From Tubiluchus corallicola (Eukaryota; Animalia; Priapulida), in contig JAQGDQ010000189.1 in NCBI GenBank assembly GCA_030141605.1, positions 124,001 through 188,000 of the forward strand: a stretch of DNA of 64,000 bases, given 5' to 3'. The stretch's first letter is position 1, and each line of letters opens with the position of its first letter. Under the pieces are notes generated by a model, which saw only the letters and a list, made by a program, of their open reading frames with translations, was not told the origin of the DNA and ran no database searches. Below are positions 49,001 through 61,000 of the stretch, one piece after another. A program made the translations under genes and the position numbers.

Positions 49001-52000
49001 AACCAATATTCTGCTAAGTAAATCACTCTACATACAGATTAATGCATGATTAAGTAAAGTCGATGTAAAACTACTGAAGTTACTGAACTGATGCTGCAGG
49101 CGCCTTTCCCACAAATCACTCTATGTACAGATTAATGCATAATTAAGTAAAGTCCACGTAAAACAACTGAAGTTACCGAACTGATGCGGCAGGCGCCTTT
49201 CCCACATGTCACATGACGGTTTCTAGTTAAGATGTGTTGCTGTGGTACACTTGACCTTTGACCTACAGCAACTACGTGTGCACACAATGACATTGTGAAA
49301 ATACTTATTTTCTGCCGACTACAAAAACTATTGTAATCCACCATAATTTTGACAGACCCAGTATCTAGCCTTTAGCATTATGTAGTTGTACTGGGACTGG
49401 AACGTAGTTCATTATGAACACAAATTTTGCAAGATGAGGTAATGAATCTGGCATTACATTAGCTGCGTTATAATATTTGTACATCAGTCTTCAACGAGAC
49501 AGATGGCCTGGCAGATGAAATAACCCTGAACTAGTTTTTCCCGTTACCCACCCATCCATTTACTAACCGGGCTGAATGTTGGTTAAATTCGAGGTCACCA
49601 GCACGTTCTCGCCATTCGCATGTTTACTTACCCTGTAAGCTTATGCAGTGTATTTTGTTATTTTCCGTAATATTACCTAATTATAGCAAATTATATAATA
49701 ACAATAAGATTAGCAATTTCTGGTTACCTTGATTGAAAGTCGTTAGACAAAGAAACTCTGAAAATGTTGGCATTGACTCTGTTGCTGGAGCCTTGTGTCT
49801 ATAATAGCTGTTAACCCTTTCAGTCCCAAATTATTTTTTACTAAGAAAAACATTTTTGGCTTGGTACTTTTGTTCAGTATGTCCATCTTGTTTACACATA
49901 ATAATTTTTTTTCTACCTGTGCCCGCATGCTAAATATAGCCTGAATCCCACGGGATACATTGGGATTCAATGGAAGCATAAAATGTGCTTCATTTTGCAA
50001 CTGCTGATAATTTTTTAAAGTATTTAAGACATTTAGTATGCATGCTATGCTCATCTGTACAAGGTCGTCTCTAAAGTACTGTACCTTGCACAGTTTTTTA
50101 TGCGGTGTAGATTTTCTAGTTTGCCATTTTATCACCATTTTAGTCTATTGTTATTGGCTTAAATCAAAATAACTATTAACAGATCAAATGACTGTTAGTT
50201 TTAAAATTTTATTAATTTTAAAGGCAGAAAATATTCTCGTATCCCACGGGATACAACAGGTATAAAAGGCTTAAGTGGAAATGTAAGTTGCGTACACGAA
50301 ACTACGTATGATTAAAATTCATCGCCTCTTGTAGCCATGGAATGAATTGTCCGGCATTGACTCTGTTGCTTGAGCTTCGTGTGTATAATGGCTGTTAAGT
50401 AGAAATGTAAGTTGCCTATACAAAACTACGTGTATGATTAAAATTCATCGCCACTTGTAGCTGTGGAATGAATTGTCCGGTTTTGGCAGTAAAACATGGT
50501 ATGCTAGCAGCATAAAGACAGCGCCATGTTTATGTCATATTGACACATCATACATTGTATTCGCCAAGACAAGCCTGTTTTATGACACATTCGTAGGTTT
50601 TATGGTCGCACATCTGACACTGTGTTAAAAACTATAAAAAAGGTTAAATAACTTTCGTGCTGCGTGTACGCCTATCACTACGATATTTTAGCACCGGCCG
50701 GACACTCCTTACACAGCAGTTTGCACATATCTGTGGCACTTCTTTTGCACCAACAAAAGACCTAGGTCCTAGTGAAATTTTAGTATCTGTGTTGTGTAGG
50801 ATTGGTTTGCTTGGTTTATTACCACTATTGCTTTAATTACACACGTAAATCCTAACACGTCGCTTTATGCACGATTCCTGCTCAAAGCTGTCATAATTTT
50901 ACAGGAAGAAGGGGGATTGTTCATTTACTATCTCATTTTCAAGTTTAGTAAAAAGTATACATTTTTTAACACCAATAATACTGGAAAAGCGTTTCTGATA
51001 ATTAAATAATAGATTAAAATCTTAATAACATTGGACAGGCCCAACTATTGATGACATCACAAATGAAGATGATTTTCAACAGCAAAAATATTCCACAAGC
51101 GTGTTGTACGTGTTTGCAAAATTGAAGTACAGTGCTGCTGTAAAATATTCAGTGTGTTGTACTAAAACTAGGCAAGTTTTGAGTTAAAATTTCAAATTTG
51201 CCTCTGTACTCGCGCACGAGCTGATGTAGTTCGTCACAAACTAATGCATGAACTGAGAGGTGCAGCGCCTGTTTTTTGTGCAACGCATTTCCAAAATGCA
51301 GACGCTAGGGCCCGTCTAACTATCGAATGGCGAAATGCATGTAACAGCAAAGAACCAGTGCCGAGAATGCGAAATTATTTTTGTATGGTAATAATTTTTT
51401 TACTAAGTAACTCTTAAAAAAATAGTTTGTTGTCTTTCAATATTTTAAAGGGTAGATTATTTTGACTTACAGTTTAAGATTGGGGGTCGAGTTTTGGTTT
51501 AACTATTTTATATTGACCGTTGTCCACTGCTTTTTGTATAGTACAGTTTTAAAGCACGCATGTTAATGTGTGATACAACAATCAATCAATCAATTATTCA
51601 ATCAATCAATTTATTTCACTCCAGCAATACATATACAATACATCAACATACAATATTAAAAAAAAGGAAACAGTATAGGTAAGAAAAACGTTGATGAAGT
51701 CAAATTAACCAAATAAAAGAGTTGCTGTATGACACCTTGAAAGCTTGGCTTGTTAAGGTGGCACAAATGAGTGAATGAAAGAATGGTTAGGGTTAGTAAA
51801 CATGATAGAATGGAAAAAATAGTAAGATTAGGGTTAGGAAGAAGGAAAAGAGGAGAAGAAACGACCACAGCATGCTAATCCACAGTATATTCTGTATAGT
51901 TTGCTAAACTGCATTGTTTCAAAGTCAGAAGGTGATATTAAAAACAGACAGAGATTTTCTGAGCAGAGAAATTCAAACAAAATTACGTTGAATAAAGGTT

Positions 52001-55000
52001 ATTTTATTGAGTTTCTTTGCCTAAGGTGATTTTATACCTATATGTAATAGTTTTTGCAACATAGGTATATACATTTTTCACATTTTTCACTATTATAAAG
52101 GCCGATGGTCCGCATTTACGGACGCATGTAGGAGTTCATATAGATTTTACGATTGCCGTAAAAATTTTATGAAGACCTCAAACATAAGTTCATTGCACCA
52201 ATTTGGCCATTAGAAAATGCCATAGTTATTTGAAATTACCGTATTTACCATCATCTGATTGCTTGGTGATCAGATCCTTCTGGGTCAGCAATAAGAGTAA
52301 TAATTACGATCAATATTTCATCGGTCTTTCAAGTAGTTCGGTTCAACATTAAATGTTTACCAAGTTCAATTGACCGTGCCAACTTGTTGACAAAGAATGA
52401 TGAGGTATTGCTCAGTAGCAGGTATGCACAGGTATGGTAGCTGATTTCACAGGTACGCGCACACCTGGAATTTCGCTCGTCCTCGCATCGGTGACTTCGG
52501 GTAGCTCTCTTGCTGACCCACCGACAAAGTTGAATAGCCATTTGTGAGAAACTATGGCCAGCTCCCAGACTGATAACATCTTTCTTACCTCAGAATGCAT
52601 TGTCTTCCAGGCATATGTAGTCAATAGGTAGTTTAAACATAATTTATTATAGGATTGGATCAGACAGTTTGAACAACATGATTTAGAATCCTCACCACAA
52701 CAGACTATATACACTATTTACAAGAACATTTACAGTAAGAATTGACTATAACTACACAAGCTGACAAGTTTTACTACAAGATTACATTAGGTATTAGTAA
52801 CATTTACAGTAAGAAAAGACTATAACTACACAAGCTGATAAGTTTTACTACAAAATTATATTAGACATTGGTAGAAAATGACGGTTAGAAAATATTAATG
52901 TACGAATATTTAAGACTGATGCATTTTATATCAGATAGAAACTACTGGAAGCGTTTAGTACGTAATATAAAGTCATGTATGCATTGGAATATTTTACAGT
53001 TAGCAACATAGTTAAATTCATCTTTTCCGAATAATAACAATTTCAACAGATCATTAGTTCTTAAGGCAGCTATATTGAGGTTTTCGGGCAGAAGCATTTC
53101 ATTTAATTTATGAAACGTAACAAACATAGTCAATAGTTTCCACACTAAGCCCAAATGAAGAGCAGAACTTGTTCATAAGGCTTTAAATTCCGTAAGCAAC
53201 TTACATGAGTTACGTTTAGTTTATTGACAAACAACGCAAAACAAAATACAATACAATATACATAAAAAATCACACGTCACGCAAGCTTCACATCACTTTG
53301 GCACAATCATTATAATTATTGAAACAGCAAAAGAAACAGTAGAGCTTAAACAGGAAATAATATTAACATGTTTACAAAATGATATAATTACAATGTGCTT
53401 TTGCTATCAATTCGATATGATTTTCTACGACTCGGATATTATTTTCTTCTTTTGAAACAATCCGTAATATAGTTTAATATTAAATTTGCAAGTTTGCTTT
53501 CATTTCCATTCTTCAGAAATATAAATTTTTCCTGCACCGTAGGATTAATAAAGTTTGGAAAAATTTCATTGACATGAGAGAACGGGCTCCGTCTTAAATC
53601 ATTATGATAGTTACATTCAAGAATTACATGCATTTCAGTATCAATTTTTTGATCTTTACAAAAATGGCGTAGTCTGTTGTCAAGGGGGGTTTTACATTTG
53701 TCTTACATGGCGGAGTGCCATCACCACAGGGACTAAGACAGCAGAGGCGAAAAGAATTGAGGAGGCAGAGGAGAAGCGCAGGAGACGCAAGGCATGTGAC
53801 ACTGCCCAACAACAGGTCCAAACACCCAGCCTCACCTGTGCCAAATGCCAAAGACGTTTCCAGGCCAGAATTGGTCTAGTCAGTCACCTTCGAGCTCATC
53901 AAAGGAATGACAACCCCCCAAACTGACCTTTTATCCCTGTCACTATGGTCATCTTCGATTCGAAGGACGAACATCACATGCGTGTATGACTTTTTAATCC
54001 TGTTGATCAGAAATTTATTGTTGCCTGTCATCAACTTGTTTCGTTGTAAAAGAAATAGATAACTCGCTTTACAGGCGTATAAACTTGAAGTCAAGGATGT
54101 CTGTTCTTTCTTTGAATTGTCTTGCTCATTTTCTTCTTCTATAAACATGTTAACTAGTATCGTTTATGGTTCATTTAAAGTCTGAAGATTTTATATCACA
54201 GATAAGAATTTTTATTGTGCCACCAGTAAAGCTTACGTGGCTGTTTCTTAAGAAAACCGCGTGTACGTGCCACCAATCTCTGTTTCGTGTATTGTTAACC
54301 AACTTTAGCAGCAAGTGTCATGGTCCCGGCGGCCATGTTTGGTGAGACGAACGTTTTAGCTAAATTTGGTTTCTGTGAAAAGGCTCTTCTTTTCATGGCC
54401 AAACTGCAATACCACATTTTCAAATTTAAATTCTTGTCTAATATTGGTAAAAATTTGATGATTTTTTGTTGCGTCTGCTTGCGCAGGGAAGATGCCTACC
54501 ATTGGGTAAGCTGTGGTTAGGTTGTGACGTACGTGATAGCTGTGTTCGATTGCCGTTAATTAGCTTTCCAGGGTAATTATTCAGATATAAGAAATAATTG
54601 TTAACTTTTATAGGCAGGAAAATGTATATTTTGAACAGTAAATTAAAATCAGATTGAGTTTAATCAATCGTCTGGTTTTCCTTTAATGATAACTTTATTT
54701 GCTTTTTTTATTGGCCACTTCAGATTTTGCCAACAATTGCTTTATTCAAGGTTGGACACATTTGAAAGTAAATGTAATTTTCTCCAACCTGTCCATAACT
54801 GATGAGAAAATGATTGAGATGTCTTTTGTTCTGGAAAAATCAAGTTACAAATTTGTAAAAAAGTTCTCTTGCTTAAACGAGGCGCGTGCTTTTGCAGTAA
54901 AAATGATTTTGATGCTATGGCCGTATTTTTATTAGATGTTATCGTAAAGAATAAGTTGTCGCTTCCGTCAATCGTTCGTGGAAACCGTGTCGTAAATTTG

Positions 55001-58000
55001 CAAAAGATATGCGCAGATTTTGGTATTTATGTTCCATACTTTGAACTTTAAAGTATAATAAGCAATGCAGTTCCTTCTTTATCCCTTTCTCACTCGAGAA
55101 GTTTTTGCCCGTATTATCGAAAGGTTTGCTTAGTTTAACTCCCTCAGTGCAGTTTGTGTTTGCTACATTTTGCATGTGTTCATGAAAAATGGCTCTCGCT
55201 AAGCAGCGATTACGTTATATTTGATAATTTTTGAAAGTTTCTACTCCTCACTCAGTGGGCGTTCTAGCAAAATTAAAATGAATTTACTTACCTTAGACAA
55301 ATTAAAAATCCATTTTTGACAAAAAAAAAGAGAAAATCTTTCAGTAACTGCAGTGTTTGCGTTGCAACAATGTACAGTATCACTATCGGCTAATGTAGAA
55401 AATTTCAACTATCCAGACTCATCACTCTGAAATGCTTTGGCCTCAAATCTATTCTATTTTTAAGGAGAAATTCCTATTAAAAGTTGAAACCACCTTAATT
55501 TATCATTGGCCAATGGGCTGGCTTTTCTTGAAACTCTGTACAGTAGACACTTCTCTTTAACAAGCAGGCGATCGATAAAATAGTGTGTACGTTCACGTAA
55601 GTGTGCACCAGACTAACCTACTCAATAGGTTGAGTTGGAGCGCCTAAAAAAGGCGTTTTTCTTAATTTTATCTAGCTAAACTACCTATGAACGTTTAAGC
55701 AAATGGCATGATTAGACAGCCTATGTTCTCCTGAATAGAACAATGCCTAATTTGTGATCATTTAGTTATGTCTGTGCTCATGCAGTAGCAGTAAAGTCAA
55801 GCGTCTTATAAGACCCATTTTTAATGATGCAGTGCTAAAGGAGTCAAAAGCTTCATACACTCAAAGGTGACTCTTTTTACATTAACACATCTAATGATTA
55901 CTGTCTAGATGGAAACTGTAGTTCTCTGCAGATGTCTAAACAGTTATTTCACATGGCTACCCAATGCCGAAGAGTCATCTTGAGAGAAATCTCCGTGCAC
56001 GTAGTAGTACTTTCATACTTGTCACAATATAATCGAAATAACATCTGATAAATAACTTTCCAAAGTCATGCAAGAATCATTGCATAAAGCTGCCTATAGA
56101 TTTTGTCATGTCTTTTTATATTAAAATTTTTAGAGGTTTTTCCATTCCGTATCACCTCCTTTTGACTGATTTAAAAGGAAAGTTTATTTGGAGTGCATGG
56201 TTGATCCTCCCGTGTGAGCACAACAAACCCCCTTAAGGCTTAAATTACATAAAGACTCAGGAAACGTCCATATAAGCATTCGTGCAGCATCTGGAACGCA
56301 CGTGTGGTTTTTCCGCAGCATCAGCATCACGGAGATATTGGCAGGATGCATTAAATGTTTGCCAGTCGGGAATAACAAGCTTATTGCTTCTGGAAGTTAT
56401 CATCATCGCCAGCTAGCTGTCAGAATTATGCAGCATCCTTCAACAGAGTGTATCCTCAGCTTCCCGTGTTGCTAGGAAACCTGCTGTGTTTGTCCTCACT
56501 GGGGTGCCTGGGTATGAAAAACCCCCTGGGACAAAATTACATAAGTGTCTTTTTTGTAGGAAAATTTGAAAAGGAGAAAAAACAGGAAAAAACCAATTTT
56601 GTTTCTTGATTTCTTTTTATTGTTCATTAATTCAATTTCAATTTATTTATCCATTTAGAACACTACAGTAGAACATTATTAATAACAGAATCAATAGTAA
56701 GTCGCGAAGAATTATTAGAAAAGATATATATATATATATCTTGCTTTATTTCAGTAAATTATTACAATAATATTATACTAATTATTAATATATGATTGAT
56801 AATATTAAACTGTTAACAATACAATATACATCGTGCTTTATTTCAATAAATGATTACAATAATATTATACTAATTATTAATATATGATTAATAGCATTAA
56901 ACTGTTAACAATACAATATACATCGTGCTTTATTTCAATAAATGATTACAATAATATTATACTAATTATTAATATATGATTAATAACATTAAACTGTTAA
57001 CAATACAATATATATCTTGCTTTATTTCAGTAAATGATTACAATAATATTATACTAATTATTAATATATATTGGTAGTAGTTTACAATATGAATTGGTGA
57101 CATTTTCAGTTACCTAGAGTGTACACCTCTAAGATACTAAACAAGCCTCTAATTGCCGTGCCATCTTGCATTTTTCTAACACACTTCATTGTGCTCTCTG
57201 CCAATACTGAATCAGATTAAGCCCTTAAAAGCAAAAGCGGTTTGTTGATGGTAGGATAACTTTTTCCTATTTAATGCTGACTCGCACTTGAACGCCATTC
57301 TTTGTACCATTCTCCTGCCTTTTCTCACATCTTGTCTTCAGTGTTCCGTTCCGGCTGGCTAACACTCCGCGTTACTTTTCAACAGAAACATAATGCCGAG
57401 GATTTTTGCAAGTGCTTAAGAACAAAAAGCTAATATTGTTGTGCAGAATGGGGTGCGTCTTGTACGAGCAGGGTCATCGCTCCATAATTGCCTCACTGGT
57501 GGCCGATTTCGCTCCGATACAATGTTGCTAATATCTTAAACAAACGCACTCAACGTGTTGAAGCGAAGAACAACAATCAGTCGTAAAAAAAGAGTTTGAT
57601 TGATTGATTTTGTTGATTTAATGAACCCGCGTGATAAGTACCCTTTTCATCATGTTTTCTCTGAGCAGTTTTACCACAGTAATAATAATAAACAGTATTT
57701 GATTAAAATTCGCAAACACAAGTGCCTGGTAGCTGAATAGATGTATAATCCCATTGCTGCTTCAATAGTATTACTCCGTTATGTAAACTTAGGCAGTGCA
57801 CATTGTTCAATGGTCGTGGTGACTGTCCATCAATCAATCAAAATACTAGAAGGCTCTCTTGAGACTTGTCATCATTAACAAAGAAAACCATAATGCCCTT
57901 TATAGCATCAAAGATTGTAATATTTATTCAGTAGCTTTCGCTCTAACGAGCCTCATCAGCTGATATTACAGCTAAATGTTAAAACAGTATGTAGTAATGT

Positions 58001-61000
58001 GAAACAAATATTGTAGCTAAGCATCGCTGGTTTGAAATATGATAAGTTAGTATGATATGATATGATATGAAAGAGTAACTATGACTGCATAAGAAGAAAA
58101 AACAGAGAAATCAAAAACACATTGGCGAAAACCAATTGTACAATTCTGTATTTTTCATCTTATGTAGTCATTTATACTCTGTGTACTCATCCTGATCTTA
58201 AGTTACTAACAAAACTTATTTTGTTCTAATATACGCTATAACTGATGAAAATGTAATGTTAATTGTCAATTGTTTCACTTATCTGGAGGAGGACGCGAAA
58301 GCTCTATGCTCCTTCCCCCACCTTACGTTTTAACTGATGAAAATGTAATGTTAATTGTCAATCGCTTCACTTATCTGGAGGAGGACTCGAAAGCTCAATG
58401 CTCCTTCCCCCTCCTCACAGTAACTCGCATAGTTTATTTATTTATTTTTTATCAATGTAACATCAATATGTATGTATGTTTGAGTTGCTGTGGAATAAAT
58501 TCATAATTCATAACTTATATATCAAACCAGTAATGTTTAGCTACAATTTTTGTTGTTAATATTCTCGTTTCACAGTTGCACATGCTGTTTTAACATTTAT
58601 CTGTTATTTTCAGCTGGTGAGGCCCGCTAGGGCGAGAACTCCTCAATATATATTATAATCTTTGAGAACCATAAAAGGCATTATGCTTTTCACTGTTAAC
58701 TGCCAGAATACTGGCTTTTTTCGTGCAAAAAGTGTTATAAATTTCGTAGGAAAATAACTGAGTGCCTCTTCGGAAGGACCGTAGTGGACAAAACTACAAC
58801 AAGTTTGTTAAACAACATGATAGCTGCTTAGTTGTGTTACAATGGAGACAATTTCTTTTGGCAGTTATTATATATTATATTATATTAATTCTTTATTTGT
58901 CTTTAAAATGGTTCACTCATTATAATAAAATTGAGTAATCCTCAGCGTAATGTTAAGATAACAACACTGTTCAAGACAAATGCGTCCAGTGCTGACTAAA
59001 AAAACTAAAGTGCAAAACTAAGGCCTAATTATATACAATAAATGAACATATTTACAATACGTTCTGGCATTTACAATGTTCTGGCATATTTACAATGTTC
59101 TGGCATTGTCGATATTTCTTTGGCAATTATGAAAAACAAATTTGTTTCGCACAGCGATTATGTATCACTTCCTTGCTGGCCTAACTCTGTTTTTATCGAC
59201 TCTCAACTGTTAGCAACATATTTTGCTTAAAAACGCTGCGGATGCTTGTAAAAACTTTGTTGTAAAATGCCAACATTCATTTCTCCTGGCTTCGTATTTC
59301 ATGTTTGGCTTCGTCGTCATCTGCACATCCTTCAGATTCTCAGATTTAGGAGATGTACTAAAAACATTCCTAATCTGCAACCGGCCGTACTTGAACATTA
59401 GCTGATTCACCCGGATGTACTTTACTTATGTCAGCTTGGCGCACATAAATGCTGTTGTGACCATGTGGCCATCATTTACAGGTTCCGTCACTGCTGTGTC
59501 TTCAAAATACTTTTTGCATCTTGAAGAGAGCTCTCTAGTATTTTGATTGACTGATGGACAGTCACCGCGACCACTGAACAATGTGCACTGCCTAAGTTTA
59601 CATAACGGAGTAATACTATTGAAGCAGCAATGGGATTATATATCTATTCAGTTACCAGGCACTTGTGTTTGCGAATTTGAATCAAATACTGTTTATTGTT
59701 ATTACTGTGGTAAAACTGCTCAGAGAAAACATGATGAAAAAGCTACTTATCGCGCGGGTTCATTAAATCAACAAAATCAATCAGTCAAACTCTTTTTTTA
59801 CGACTGATTGTTGTTCTTCACTTCAACACGTTAAGTTTTTTAAAGTGTTCTATTCTATTCAATGTATTCTGTTTGTTTTATTCCTCATGTATTCTAGCAT
59901 CAATGGCCCATTTCTGTAATTTGAAATGGCTCTCTAATTATGCTTGTATTGCCTTCGCTGCGACAATCAGACTTTCGAACTAGACATCTACAGCAACAAT
60001 TGACATTACGTTCATTGGCTATTATGTGTATATGAAATGTATGTGCCCATGCCAAAGTAACCAATGTAAACATAACGAGAAAAAACAGGGTAATGTAGCC
60101 GTAGGTATTGCTTCATTACAATTTTTCCCATGTTGTAAGACAGAGTTAGTGGTAGCGATTTGCACATATGAAAAAAGTCACGAGATGCACTAAACTTTAT
60201 GATAAGTTCTGGCATTGTCGATATGTCTTTGAAGTTACGAGGTGTGCTGCGGCTAGGGTCTATCCTTTCAACTGTCCATTGTTCTCGAAATTGTTCAAAA
60301 TAAACTTTTCAACGTTATGATTTTAAAAACTTTTATAGACCCGAAAATGCGTTGTATAACTTGATTTAGTTTAGTAGCATTGGCTGCATTTTCAACCTTG
60401 TTGGTATTCTTGTCACTTTTTTCATTTATTTTGGTGCCTGCCTTTTGCATGTTCTCTTCGGGCAATTGATTTTATAACAGGTTTGTTGAATCTAGGGGCA
60501 ATAACTTTTGCAGTCTTTTTGCGATGTCTTTAAGGTTTTGCACGTACCTGGCACATCCTGTATTGGAAGCTTACGAAAGAAACGTGCGTTCTTTGTCAAA
60601 TTGAGTGGCTGCAGCGACTGAGCTACGTCACACTTTTGTAGCAACTGACTTTATTAAGAAAAACTGCATATATAAGTCGGTGCATTTAACACGGTTTGAT
60701 TTATCGATCATCGAGTGTATCAACGGAGATAGTTTGTTTTCTAATGCCTGCTGAGGCATTTGTTTGGCACTTCCATTCATTACAGCCAGAATTTTTGTCT
60801 TGTCTGCCCTTAGGCCTAGGGCTTAGTCGCTGACTTCTATTACCGCGAGTGTCAATTATGAATGAAATGTAGTTGTGACCAGACTCAGGCGTTTCTACTC
60901 TCGTTTGCAGTTTATTGTCCTTTACTTTATCTTTTTCTATAATTGTATAAATTATGCCATGAAAATTTTGATTGTTTTGACTGAAAAATCGACGAGCTTC

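Noticed and set aside
53830-53926. Host C2H2 zinc-finger exon within QKI intron 4
   Set aside because: Sequence and 3'UTR match RTE retrotransposon termini; STAR proteins of this type have no such exon.
58239-58412. Additional hammerhead motifs (CTGATGA...CGAAAGCTC) in a ~91-bp duplication
   Set aside because: No convincing stem I or stem II could be paired; more likely a LINE 3' stem-loop region.
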